Source: the human T2T-CHM13v2.0 reference genome, Homo sapiens
Strand: one strand, 5' to 3'
Length of the DNA stretch: 64,000 nucleotides
Assembly: GCF_009914755.1 (NCBI RefSeq)
Contig: NC_060933.1
Shown: positions 1-14,100 of the stretch, piece by piece
Layout of the letters: each line of letters begins with the position of its first letter
How positions within the stretch are numbered: the stretch's first letter is position 1
Program-made: the position numbers and the translations under genes
The notes under the pieces: generated by a model
The model's database searches: none
The model's input: only the letters and a program-made list of their open reading frames with translations
What the model was told of the DNA's origin: nothing

Positions 1-245
1 TTCTATTCAACTCCCTTACTCTCCATTACATTCCATTCCATTCGGGTTGTTCCATTCCATTCCATTCCATTCCACTCCATTCCATTGCACTCGGGTTGAT
101 TCCATTCAATTCCATTCCATTCCATTGCATTCCATTCCATTCGATTCCATTCGATTGCATTCGGGTTGATTCCATTCCATTGCATTCCATTCCATTCCGT
201 TCCATTCCATTCCATTCCATTCTATTCCGTTCCATTCCATTCCAT

Positions 246-490
246 TACATTCGGATTCATTCTATTCAATTCCCTTACACTCCATTACATTCCATTCCAT
301 TCGGGTAGTTTCCATTCCATTCCATTCCATTCCTCTCTATTCCATTGAACTCGGGTTGATTCCATTCCATTGCATTCCATTCCATTCCATTCAATTCCAT
401 TCCGTTCCATTCCATTCCATTACATTCGGATTTATTCTATTCAACTCCCTTACTCTCCATTACATTCCATTCCATTCGGGTTTTTCCATT
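246..490 (+). repeat. Paired ~65-bp complex modules: type A (CGGATTGATTCTATTCAATTCCCTTACACTCC...CGGGTAGTTTCC) followed ~175-190 bp later by type B (...CAACTCCCTTACTCTCC...CGGGTTGTTCC)
   Basis: The A-then-B pair recurs at e.g. 246/421, 6950/7125, 13085/13280, 14400/14575, 28140/28320, 35215/35390, 50800/50975 and 54470/54645. Confidence 0.85.
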
Positions 491-552
491 CCATTCCATT
501 CCATTCCACTCCATTCCATTGCACTCGGGTTTATTCCATTCCATTCCATTCT

Positions 553-567
553 ATTCCGGAAGATTCC
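553..567. promoter_or_regulatory. Perfect three-pentamer heat-shock element motif nTTCnnGAAnnTTCn (ATTCCGGAAGATTCC); first of ~45-50 copies in the window
   Basis: Exact match to the canonical HSF1 HSE geometry, repeated at e.g. 2989, 7259, 13429, 20643, 29095, 38675, 49610, 55619 and 62935. The motif match is certain; function in situ is inferred from known HSF1 binding to SatIII. Confidence 0.6.
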
Positions 568-764
568 ATTCCATTGCATTCCATTCCATTCCATTCCCCT
601 GCACTCGCGTTGATTCCATTCCATTCCATTCCATTCCATTCCATTGCATTCCATTCCATTCCTTTCCGTTCCATTCCATTCCATTCCATTCCATTCCAAT
701 CCATTCCATTCCGTTCCATTCCATTGCATTCCATTCTATTCGGGTTAATTCCATTCCATTCCAT

Positions 765-778
765 TCGATTGCAATCGA
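765..778. other. 14-bp perfect palindrome TCGATTGCAATCGA (recurrent module)
   Basis: Self-complementary 14-mer inside CATTCGATTGCAATCGAGTTG, usually ~25 bp after the CTATTCGGGTTAATT module; many copies across the window. Confidence 0.9.
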
Positions 779-829
779 GTTGATTCCATTCCATTCCATT
801 CCATTCCATTCCATTCCATTCCTTTCCAT

Positions 830-1720
830 TCCATTACGGATGATTCCATTCCATTGCATTCCATTCCATTCCATTCCCCTGTACTCGGGTTGACTCCATT
901 CCATTCCATTACAATCCATGCCATTCCACTCGTGTTGATTCCATTCTTTCCATTCCATTCAAGTTGAATCCATTCCATTGCATTCCATTCCATTCCAGTC
1001 CCCTGCAGTCGGGTTGTTTCCATTCCATTCCATTCCATTCCATTCCATTCCATTCCATTCCATTCCGTTCCGTTCCATTCCATTCCATTCTATTCTATTC
1101 GGGTTAATTCCATTCCATTCCATTCCATTCCGTTCCGTTCCATTCCATTCCATTCTATTCTATTCGGGTTAATTCCATTCCATTCCATTCTATTCCATTC
1201 CATTCCATTCCATTCCAATCGAGTTGATTCCATTCCTTTCCATTCCATTCCATTCCACTCCATTCCAGTCCTTTCCATTCCATTCCACTCGGGTTGATTC
1301 CAATGTATTCCTTTCCATTCCATTCAATTCCATTGCAATCCACTTGATTCCATTGCTTTGCATTCCATTCCATTCCATTCCATTCCGGATGATTCCATTC
1401 CATTGCATTCCATTCCATTCCATTCCCCTGCACTCGGGTTGATTCAATTCCATTCCACTCCATTCCGTTCCATTCCATTCCATTGCATTGTATTCGGGTT
1501 AATTCCATTCCATTCCATTCCAGTCCTTTCCATTCCATTCCACTCGGGTTGATTCCATTCTATTAGTTTCCATTCCATTCCATTCCCTTCCATTCCACTC
1601 TGGTTGATTCCATTCCTTTCCATTCCACTCGAATACATTCCCTCCTATTCCACTCGGAACGATTCCATTCCATTCCATTCCATTCCATTCCATTCCATTC
1701 CATTCCATTTCGTTCCACTC
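830..1720 (+). repeat. ~0.9-kb ordered module block ending in TTAGTTTCC...ACTCGAATACATTCCCTCCTATTCCACTCGGAACG; four dispersed copies
   Basis: The rare landmark CCCTCCTATTCCACTCGGAACG occurs near 1640, 9630, 15870 and 52090, each time preceded by the same module order (CAAGTTGAATCC, CCTGCAGTCGGG, CAATGTATTCC, TGCTTTGC, TTAGTTTCC). Confidence 0.8.
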
Positions 1721-4700
1721 CATTCTATTCCGTATCATTCCATTCCATTCCATTGCATTCCATTCCATTCCATTCCATTCCATTGTACTCGGGTTGATTC
1801 AATTCCATTGCATTCCATTCCATTCCATTCCATTCCATTCCGTTGCTTTCCATTCCATTGCATTCGGATTGATTCTATTCAACTCCCTTACTCTCCATTA
1901 CATTCCATTCCATTCGGGTTGTTCCATTCCATTCCATTGCATTCCACTCCATTCCATTGCACTCGGGTTGATTCCATTCCATTCCATTCCATTCCATTCC
2001 ATTCCGGATGATTCCATTCCATTGCATTCCGTTCCATTACATTCCCCTGCACTCGCGTTGATTCCATTCCATTCCATTCAATTCCATTCCATTACAATTC
2101 GTTCCATTCCATTCTATTCCGTACCATTCCATTCCATTCCATACCATTCCATTCCATTCCATTCCACTCCGTTCCGTTCCTTTCCGTTCCGTTCCGTTCC
2201 ATTCCATTCCATTCCATTCTATTCGGATTAATTCCATTCCATTCCATTCCATTCCATTCTATTCCATTCCATTGCAATCGAGTTGAATCCATTGCATTTC
2301 ATTCCATTCCATTCCATTGTGGAAGATTCCATTCCATTGCATTCCATTCCATTCCATTCCCCTGCACTCGCGTTGATTCCATTCCATTCCATTCCATTCC
2401 ATTCCATTCCATTCCATTCCGTTCCGTTCCGTTCCGTTCCATTCCATTCCATTCCATTCCGTTCCGTTCCATTCCATTCCATTCCATTCTATTCGGGTTA
2501 ATTCCATTCCATTCCATTCGAATGCAATCGAGTTGATTCCATTCCATTCCATTCCATTCCATTCCATTCCATTCCATTCCTTTCCATTCCATTACGGATG
2601 ATTCCATTCCATTGCATTCCATTCCATTCCATTCCCCTGTACTCGGGTTGATTCCATTCCATTCCATTCCAATCCATGCCATTCCACTCGTGTTGATTCC
2701 ATTCTTTCCATTCCATTCAAGTTGAATCCATTCCATTGCATTCCATTCCATTCGATTTTATTCGATTGCACTCGGGTTGATTCCATTCCATTGCATTCCA
2801 TTCCATTCCATACCATTCCGTTCCATTCTATTCCATTACATTCGGATTGATTCTATTCAACTCCCTTACTCTCCATTACATTCCATTCCATTCGAGTTGT
2901 TGCATTCCATTCCATTCCATTCCACTCCATTCCATTGCACTCGGGTTGATTCCATTCCATTCCATTCCATACCATTCCATTCCATTCCATTCCGGAAGAT
3001 TCCATTCCATTGCATTCCATTCCATTCCATTCCCCTGCACTCGCGTTGATTCCATTCCATTCCATTCTGTTCCATTCCATTCCCTTCCTTTCCGTTCCAT
3101 TCCATTCCATTCCATTCCATTCCATTCCGTTCCGTTCCATTCCATTCCATTCCATTCCGTTCCGTTCCATTCCCTTCCATTCCATTCTATTCGGGTTAAT
3201 TCCATTCCATTCCATTCTATTGCAATCGAGTTGATTCCATTCCATTCCATTCCATTCCATTCCATTCCATTGCACTCGGGTTGATTCCATTCCATTCCAT
3301 TCCATTCCGGAAGATTCCATTCCATTACATTCCATTACATTCTATTACCCTGCACTCGCGTTGATTCCATTCCATTCCATTCCATTCCATTCCATTCCAT
3401 TCCATTCCATTCCATTCCTTTCCGTTCCGTTCCATTCCATTCCATTCCATTCCGTTCCGTTCCGTTCCATTCCATTCCATTCCATTCTATTCGGGTTAAT
3501 TCCATTCCATTCCATTCGATTGCAATCGAGTTGATTCCATTCCATTCCATTCCATTCCATTCCATTCCATTCCATTCCTTTCCTTTCCATTACGGATGAT
3601 TCCATTCCATTGCATTCCATTTCATTCCATTCCCCTGTACTCGGGTTGATTCCATTCCATTCCATTCCAATCCATGCCATTCCACTCGTGTTGATTCCAT
3701 TCTTTCCATTCCATTCAAGTTGAATCCATTCCATTGCATTCCATTCCATTCGATTCCATTCGATTGCACTCAGGTTGATTCCATTCCATTGCATTCCATT
3801 CCATCCCATTTCATTCCATTCCACTCCTTTCCATTCCATTCCATTCCATTCCATTCGATTGCAATCGAGATGATTCCATTCCATTCCTTTCCATTCCATT
3901 CCATTGCCTTGCATTCCACTCGGGTTGATTCCATTCCCTTCTTTCCACTCCATTACATTCCCTTCCATTCCACTTGGAATGATTGATTCCATTCCATTCC
4001 ATTCCATTTCATTCCATTGCAATCCATTCCAATCCATTCCATTATATTCCATTCCACTCGAGTTGATTTCATTCCATTCCTTTCCATTCCATTCCATTCC
4101 TTTCCACTCGAGTTGATTCCATTCCATTCCATTCCTTTGCATTCCATTCCATGCCATTCCACTCGGGTGGATTCCATTCCATTCCATTCCATTCCATTCC
4201 ATTGCATTCCATTCCATTCCTTTCCCCTGCACTCGGGTTGATTCCATTCCTTTCCATTCCATTTAATTCCATTCCATTCCATTCCATTCCATTCCATTCC
4301 TTTCCATTCCAATCCGTTCCATTCCATTCCATTCTATTCTACTGCAATCGACTTGATTCCATTCCATTCCATTCCATTCCATTCCATTTTGTTCCAATCC
4401 ATTCTATTTCGAACTATTCCATTCCATTCCATTCCATTCCATTACATTCCATTCCATGCCATTCCACTCCGGTTGATTCCATTCCATTCCATTCCATTCG
4501 ATTCCATTCCATTCCATTCCATTCCGTTCCATTCCATTTCATTACATTCAGATTGATTCTATTCAATTCCCTAACACTTCATTATATTCCCATCCATTCT
4601 GGTTGTTTCCATTCCATTCCATTCCATTTCACTCCATTCCATTGCACTTGGTTTGATTCCATTCCATTCCATTCCATTCCATTCCGGATGATTCCATTCC

Positions 4701-7700
4701 ATTGCATTCCATTCCATTCCATTCCCCTGCACTCAGGTTGATTCCATTCCATTCCATTCCACTCCATTCGGTTCCGTTCCATTCCATTCTATTGCATTCC
4801 ATTCTATTCGGGTTAATTCCATTCCATTATATTCCATTCCATTCCATTCCATTCCATTGCAATGGAGTTGATTCCATTCCATTTCATTCCATTCCATTCC
4901 GAATTATTCCATTCCATTGCATTCCATTCCATTCCATTCCCCTGCACTCGTGTTGATTCCATTACCTTCTATTCCATTCCATTCCGTTCCATTCCAATGC
5001 ATTCCATTCTATTCCGGTTAATTCCATTCCATTCCATTCCATTCCATTCCATTCCATTCCATTCCATTGCAATCGAGTTGATTCCATTCCATTCCTTTCC
5101 ATTCCATTCCATTGCCTTGCATTCCAATCGGGTTGATTCCATTCCCTTCTTTCCACTCGTTTACATTCCCTTCCATTCCACTCGGAATGATTGATTCCAT
5201 TCCATTCCATTCCATTTCATTCCATTGCAATCCATTCCAATCCATTCCATTCCATTCCACTCGAGTTGATTTCATTCCATTCCTTTCCATTCCATTCCAT
5301 TCCTTTCTACTCGTGTTGATACCATTCCATTCCATTCCATTGCATTCCATTCCATGCCATTCCACTCGGGTTGATTCCTTTCCTTTGCATTCCATTCCAT
5401 TCCATTCCATTCCATTCCATATCATTCCGTTGCATTCCATTCCATTACATTCCGATTGATTCTATTCAACTCCCTTACTCTCCATTACATTCCATTCCAT
5501 TCGGGTTGTTCCATTCAATTCCATTCCATTCCGGATGATTCCATTCCATTGCATTCCGTTCCATTACATTCCCCTGCGCTCACGTTGATTCCATTCCATT
5601 CCATTCCATTCCATTCAATTCCATTCCATTACAATTCGTTCCATTCCATTCTATTCCGTACCATTCCTTTCCATTCCATACCATTAGATTCCGTTCCATT
5701 CCATTCCATTGCATTCCATTCCATTCCGTTCCATTCCGTTCCATTCCATTCCATTCCATTCTATTCAGGTTAATCCCATTCCATTCCATTCCATTCTATT
5801 CGGATTAGTTCCATTCCATTCCATTCCATTCCGTTCTATTCCATTCCATTGCAATCGAGTTGAATCCATTGCATTTCATTCCATTCCATTCCATTCCATT
5901 CCATTCCGGAAGTTTCCATTCCATTGCATTCCATTCCATTCCATTCAATTCCATTCCGTTCCATTCCATTCCATTACATTTGGATTGATTCTATTCAACT
6001 CCCTTAGTCTCCATTACATTCCATTCCATTCGGGTTGTTCCATTCCATTCCATTCCATTCCACGCCATTCCATTGCACTCGGGTTTATTCCATACCATTC
6101 CATTCCATTCCATTCAATTCCATTCCATTCCGGAAGATTCCATTCCATTTCATTCTATTCCATTCCATTCCCCTGCACTCGCGTTGATTCCATTCCATTC
6201 CATTCCATTGCATTCCATTCCATTGCACTCCATTCCAGTCCTTTCCATTCCATTCCACTTGGGTTGATTCCAATGTATTCCTTTCCATTCCATTCCATTC
6301 CATTGCAATCGAGTTGATTCCATTGCTTTGCATTCCATTCCATTCCGGATGATTCCATTCCATTGCATTCCATTCCATTCCATTCCCCTGTACTCGGGTT
6401 GATTCCATTCCATTCCATTCCAATCCATGCCATTCCACTCGTGTTGATTCCATTCTTTCCATTCCATTCAAGTTGAATCCATTCCATTGCATTCCATTCC
6501 ATTCGATTCCATTCGATTGCACTCGGGTAGATTCCATTCCATTGCATTCCATTCCATTCCGTTCCGTTCCATTCCATTCCATTCCATTCTATTTGGGTTA
6601 ATTCCATTCCATTCCATTCGATTGCAATCGAGTTGATTCCATTCCATTCCATTCCATTCCATTCCATTCCATTCCATTCCTTTCCATTCCATTACGGATG
6701 ATTCCATTCCATTGCATTCCATTCCATTCAATTCCCCTGTACTCGGGTTGATTCCATTCCATTCCATTCCAATCCATGCCATTCCACTCGTGTTGATTCC
6801 ATTCTTTCCATTCCATTCAAGTTGAATCCATTCCATTGCATTGCATTCCATTCGATTCCATTCGATTGCACTCCGGTTGATTCCATTCCATTCCATTCCA
6901 TTCCATTCCATTCCATTCCATTCCATTCCGTTCCATTCCATTCCATTACTTTCGGATTGATTCTATTCAATTCCCTTACACTCCATTACATTCCATTCCA
7001 TTCGGGTAGTTTCCATTCCATTCCATTCCATTCCTCTCCATTCCATTGCACTCGGGTTGATTCCATTCCATTGCATTCCATTCCATTCCATTCAATTCCA
7101 TTCCGTTCCATTCCATTCCATTACATTCGGAATGATTCTATTCAACTCCCTTACTCTCCATTACATTCCATTCCATTCGGGTTTTTCCATTCCATTCCAT
7201 TCCATTCCACTCCATTCCATTGCACTCGGGTTGATTCCATTCCATTCCATTCCATTCCATTCCGGAAGATTCCATTCCATTGCATTCCATTACATTCCAT
7301 TCCCCTGCACTCGCGTTGATTCCATTCCATTCCATTCCTTTCCATTCCATTCCATTCCATTCCTTTCCGTTCCATTCCATTCCATTCCATTCCATTCCGT
7401 TCCGTTCCGTTCCATTCCATTCCATTCCATTCTATTCGGGTTAATTCCATTCCATTCCATTCGATTGCAATCGAGTTGATTCCATTCCATTCCATTCCAT
7501 TCCATTCCATTCCGTTCCGTTCCGTTCCATTCCATACCATTCCATTCTATTCGGGTTAATTCCATTCCATTCCATTCCATTCCATTCCATTCCAATCGAG
7601 TTGATTCCATTCCATTCCATTCCATTCCATTCCAGTCCATTCCAGTCCTTTCCATTCCTTTCCACTCGGGTTGATTCCAATGTATTCCTTTCCATTCCAT

Positions 7701-8149
7701 TCCATTCCATTGCAATCGAGTTGATTCAATTGCTTTGCATTCCATTCCATTCCATTCCATTCCGGATGATTCCATTCCATTGCATTCCATTCCATTCCAT
7801 TCCCCTGCACTCGGGTTGATTCCATTCCATTCCATTCCGTTCCGTTCCATTCCATTCCATTCCATTCTATTCGGGTTAATTCCATTCCATTCCATTCGAT
7901 TGCAATCGTGTTGATTCCATTCCATTGCATTCCATTCCATTCCATTCCCCTGTACTCGGGTTGATTCCATTCCATTGCATTCCAATCCATGCCCTTCCAC
8001 TCGTGTTGATTCCATTCTTTCCATTCCATTCAAGTTGAATCCATTCCATTGCATTCCATTCCATTCGATTCCATTCGATTGCACTCGGGTTGATTCCATT
8101 CCATTGCATTCCATTCCATTCCATTCCATTCCATTACATTCGGATTGAT

Positions 8150-11100
8150 TCTATTCAATTCCCTTACACTCCATTACATTCCATTCCATTCGGGTAGTTT
8201 CCATTCCATTCCATTCCATTCCTCTCCATTCCATTGCACTCGGGTTGATTCCATTCCATTGCATTCCATTCCATTCCATTCAATTCCATTCCTTTCCATT
8301 CCATTCCATTCCGTTCCATTCCATTGCATTACATTCGGATTGATTCTATTCAACTCCCTTACTCTCCATTAAATTCCATTCCATTCGGGCTGTTCCATTC
8401 CATTCCATTCCATTCCACTCCATTCCATTGTACCCGGGTTTATTCCATTCCATTCCATTCCATTCCATTCCATTCCATTCCATTCCATTCCGGAAGATTC
8501 CATTCCATTGCATTCCATTCCATTCCATTCCCCTGCACTCGCGTTGATTCCATTCCATTCCACTCCATTCCATTCCATTCCATTCCATTCCTTTCCGTTC
8601 CATTCCATTCCATTCTATTCCATTCCATTCCATTCCATTCCGTTCCGTTCCGTTCCATTCAATTCCATTCCATTCTCTTCGGGTTAATACCATTCCATTC
8701 CATTCGATTGCAATCGAGGTGATTCCATTCCATTCCATTCCATTCCATTCCATTCCATTCCATTCCGGATGATTCCATTCCATTGCATTCCATTCCATTC
8801 CATTCCACTGTACTCGGGTTCTTTCCATTCCATTGCATTCCAATCCATGCCATTCCACTCGTGTTGATTCCATTCTTTCCATTCCATTCAAGTTGAATCC
8901 ATTCCATTGCATTCCATTCCATTCCATTCCCCTGCAGTCGGGTTGATTCCATTCCATTCCATTCCATTCCATTCCATTCCATTCCATTCCGTTCCGTTCC
9001 GCTCCATTCCATTCCATTCCATTCTATTCGGGTTAATTCCATTCGATTCCATTCCATTCCATTCCATTCCGTTCCGTTCCGCTCCATTCCATTCCATTCC
9101 ATTCTATTCGGGTTAATTCCATTCCATTCCATTCCATTCCATTCCATTCCAATCGAGTTGATTCCATTCCATTCCATTCCATTCCATTCCATTCCACTCC
9201 ATTCCAGTCCTTTCCATTCCATTCCACTCGGGTTGATTCCAATGTATTCCTTTCCATTCCATTCCATTCCATTGCAATCGAGTTGATTCCATTGCTTTGC
9301 ATTCCATTCCATTCCATTCCATTCCGGATGATTCCACTCCATTGCATTCCATTCCATTCCATTCCCCTGCACTCGGGTTGATTCCATTCCATTACACTCC
9401 ATTCCGTTCCATTCCATTCCATTCCATTGTATTCGGGTTCATTCCATTCCATTCCATTCCATTCCATTCCATTACAATCGAGTTGATTCCATTCCATTCC
9501 ATTCCATTCCAGTCCTTTCCATTCCATTCCACTCGGGTTGATTCCATTCTATTAGTTTCCATTCCATTCCATTCCCTTCCATTCCACTCTGGTTGATTCC
9601 ATTCCTTTCCATTCTACTCGAATACATTCCCTCCTATTCCACTCGGAACGATTCCATTCCATTCCATTCCATTCCATTGCATTCCATTCCATTCCATTTC
9701 GTTCCATTCCATTCTATTCCGTATCATTCCATTCCATTCCATTCCATTCCATTCCATTCCACTCGTGTTGATTCCATTCCTTTCCATTCCATTCGGTTTG
9801 AAGGCATTCCATTCCATTCAATTCCATTCCATTCCATTCCATTCCATTCCATTCCATTCCATTGTACTCTAGTTGATTGCATTCCATTGCATTCCATTCC
9901 ATTCCATTCCGTTGCATTCCATTCCATTACATTCGGATTGATTCTATTCAACTCAATTACATTCCATTAAATTCCATTCCATTCGGGTTGTTCCATTCCA
10001 TTCCATTCCATTCCTCTCCATTCCATTGCACTCGGGTTGATTCCATTCCATTCCATTCCATTCCATTCCATTCCATTCCATTCCGGATGATTCCATTCCA
10101 TTACATTCCGTTCCATTACATTCCCCTGCACTCGCGTTGATTCCATTCCATTCCATTCAATTCCATTAAATTACAATTCGTTACATTCCATTCTATTCCG
10201 TACCATTCCATTCCATTCCATACCATTCCATTCCATTCCATTCCATTCCATTCCGTTCCATTCCGTTCCATTGCATTCCATTCCATTCTATTCGGGTTCA
10301 TTCTATTCCATTCCATTCCATTCCATTCTATTCCATTGCATTGCAATCGAGTTGAATCCATTGCATTTCATTCCATTCCATTCCATTCCATTCCATTCCA
10401 TTCCGGAAGTTTCCATTCCATTGCATTCCATTCCATTCCATTCCCCTGCACTCGCGTTGATTCCATTCCATTCCATTCCATTCCATTCCATTCCGTTCCG
10501 TTCCATTCCATTCCTTTCCATTCCATTCCATTCCATTCCGTTCCTTTCCATTCCATTCCATTCCATTCTATTCGGGTTAATTCCATTCCATTCCATTCGA
10601 TTGCAATCGAGTTGATTCCATTCCATTGCATTCCATTCCATTCGATTCCATTCGATTGCACTCGGGTTGATTCCATTCCATTGCATTCCATTCCATTCCA
10701 TTCCATTCCATTCCATTCCATTCCATTCCGTTCCATTCCTTTCCATTACATTCGGATTGATTCTATTCAATTCCCTTACACTCCATTACATTCCATTCCA
10801 TTCGGGTAGTTTCCACTCCATTCCATTCCATTTCTCTCCATTCCATTGCACTCGGGTTGATTCCATTCCATTGCATTCCACTCCATTCGGGTAGTTTCCA
10901 CTCCATTCCATTCCATTCCTCTCCATTCCATTGCACTCGGGTTGATTCCACTCAATTGCATTCCATTCCATTCCATTCAATTCCATTCCGTTCCATTCCA
11001 TTCCATTACATTCGGATTGATTCTATTCAACTCCCTTACTCTCCATTACATTCCATTCCATTCGGGTTGTTCCATTCCATTCCATTCCATTCCACTCCAT

Positions 11101-14100
11101 TCCATTGCACTCGGGTTGATTCAATTCCATTACATTCCATTCCATTCCGGAAGATTCCATTCCATTGCATTCCATTACATTCCATTCCCCTGCACTCGCG
11201 TTGATTCCATTCCATTCCATTCCATTCCATTCCATTCCATTCCGTTCCGTTCCGTTCCATTCCATTCCATTCCATTCCATTCCGTTCCATTCCATTCCAT
11301 TCTATTCGGGTTAATTCCATTCCATTCCATTCGATTGCAATCGTGTTGATTCCATTCCATTCCATTCCATTCCATTCCTTTCCATTCCATTACGGATGAT
11401 TCCATTCCATTGCATTCCATTCCATTCCATTCCCCTGTACTCAGGTTGATTCCATTCCATTGCATTCCAATCCATGCCCTTCCACTCGTGTTGATTCCAT
11501 TCTTTCCATTCCATTCAAGTTGAATCCATTCCATTGCATTCCATTCCATTCGATTCCATTCGATTGCACTCGGGTTGATTCCATTACATTGCATTCCATT
11601 CCATTCAATTCCATTCCATTCCATTCCATTCCGTTCCATTCCATTCCATTACATTCGGATTGATTCTATTCAATTCCCTTACACTCCATTACCTTCCATT
11701 CCATTTGGGTAGTTTCCATTCCATTCCATTCCATTCCTCTCCATTCCATTGCACTCGGGTTGATTCCATTCCATTGCATTCCATTCCATTCCATTCAATT
11801 CGATTCCTTTCCATTCCATTCCATTACATTCGGATTGATTCTATTCAACTCCCTTACTCTCCATTACATTCCATTATATTCGGGTTGTTCCATTCCATTC
11901 CATTCCATTCCACTCCATTCCATTGCACTCGGGTTTATTCCACTCCATTCCATTCCATTCCATTCCATTCCATTCCGGAAGATTCCATTCCATTGCATTC
12001 CATTCCATTCCATTCCCCTGCACTCGCGTTGATTCCATTCCATTCCATTCCATTCCATTCCATTCCTTTCCGTTCCATTCCATTCCATTCCATTCCATTC
12101 CATTCCGTTCCGTTCCGTTCCGTTCCGTTCCATTCCATTCCATTCCATTCTATTCGGGTTAATTCCATTCCATTCCATTCGACTGCAATCGAGTTGATTC
12201 CATTGCATTCCATTCCATTCCATTCCATTCCATTCCTTTCCATTCCATTACGGATAATTCCATTCCATTGCATTCCATTCCATTCCATTCCCCTGTACTC
12301 GGGTTGATTCCATTCCATTCCATTCCAATCCATGCCATTCCACTCGTGTTGATTCCATTCTTTCCATTCCATTTAAGTTGAATCCATTCCATTGCATTCC
12401 ATTCCATTCCATTCCCCTGCAGTCGGGTTGATTCCATTCCTTTCCATTCCATTCCATTCCATTCCATTCCATTATGTTCCGTTCCGTTCCATTCCATTCC
12501 ATTCCATTCTATTCGGGTTAATTCCATTCCATTCCATTCCATTCCATTCCATTCCAATCGAGTTGATTCCATTCCATTCCATTCCATTCCATTCCACTCC
12601 ATTCCAGTCCTTTCCATTCCATTCCACTTGGGTTGATTCCAATGTATTCCTTTCCATTCCATTCCATTCCATTGCAATCGAGTTGATTCCATTGCTTTGC
12701 ATTCCTTTCCATTCCATTCCATTCCGGATGATTCCATTCCATTGCATTCCATTCCATTCCATTCCCCTGCACTCGGGTTGATTCCATTCCATTCCATTCC
12801 GTTCCGTTCCATTCCATTCCATTCCATTCTATTCGGGTTAATTCCATTCCATTCCATTCGATTGCAATCGTGTTGATTCCATTCCATTGCATTCCATTCC
12901 ATTCCATTCCCCTGTACTCGGGTTGATTCCATTCCATTGCATTCTAATCCATGCCCTTCCACTCGTGTTGATTCCATTCTTTCCATTCCATTCAAGTTGA
13001 ATCCATTCCATTGCATTCCATTCCATTCGATTCCATTCGATTGCACTCGGTTTGATTCCATTCCATTGCATTCCATTCCATTCCATTCCATTCCATTCCA
13101 TTACATTCGGATTGATTCTATTCAATTCCCTTACACTCCATTACATTCCATTCCATTCGGGTAGTTTCCATTCCATTCCATTCCATTCCTCTCCATTCCA
13201 ATGCACTCGGGTTGATTCCATTCCATTGCATTCCATTCCATTATATTCAATTCCATTCCGTTCCATTCCATTCCATTACATTCGGATTGATTCTATTCAA
13301 CTCCCTTACTCTCCATTCCATTCCATTCCATTCGTACTGTTCCATTCCATTCCATTCCATTCCACTCCATTCCATTGCACTCGGGTTTATTCCATTCCAT
13401 TCCATTCCATTCCATTCCATTCCATTCCATTCCGGAAGATTCCATTCCATTGCATTCCATTCCATTCCATTCCCCTGCACTCGCGTTGATTCCATTCCAT
13501 TCCATTACATTCCATTCCATTCCATTCCATTCCTTTCCGTTCCATTCCATTCCATTCCATTCCATTCCATTCCATTCCATTCCGTTCCGTTGCGTTCCAT
13601 TCCATTCCATTCCATTCTATTCGGGTTAATTCCATTCCATTCCATTCGATTGCAATCGAGTTGATTCCATTCCATTCCATTCCATTCCATTCCATTCCAT
13701 TCCATTCCATTCCGGATGATTCCATTCCATTGCATTCCATTCCAATCCATTCCCCTGTACTCGGGTTCATTCCATTCCATTCCATTCCAATCCATGCCAT
13801 TCCACTCGTGTTGATTCCATTCTTTCCATTCCATTCAAGTTGAATCCATTCCATTGCATTCCATTCCACTCCATTCCCCTGCAGTCGGGTTGATTCCATT
13901 CCATTCCATTCCATTCCATTCCATTCCATTCCGTTCCGTTCCGTTCCATTCCATTCCATTCCATTCTATTCGGGTTAATTCCATTCCATTCCATTCCATT
14001 CCATTCCATTCCAATCGAGTTGATTCCATTCCATTCCATTCCATTCCATTCCACTCCATTCCAGTCCTTTCCATTCCATTCCACTCGGGTTGATTCCAAT

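Noticed and set aside
5906-5917. CCGGAAGTTTCC resembling ETS/NF-kB sites (also ~10403)
   Set aside because: Only two copies, each a single A>T variant of the common CCGGAAGATTCC module, so no independent support.
7124-7135. GGAAT on the + strand as a possible inversion breakpoint
   Set aside because: It is a single-base variant of the CGGATTGATT module and orientation stays CATTC on both sides. No inversion is seen anywhere in the window.
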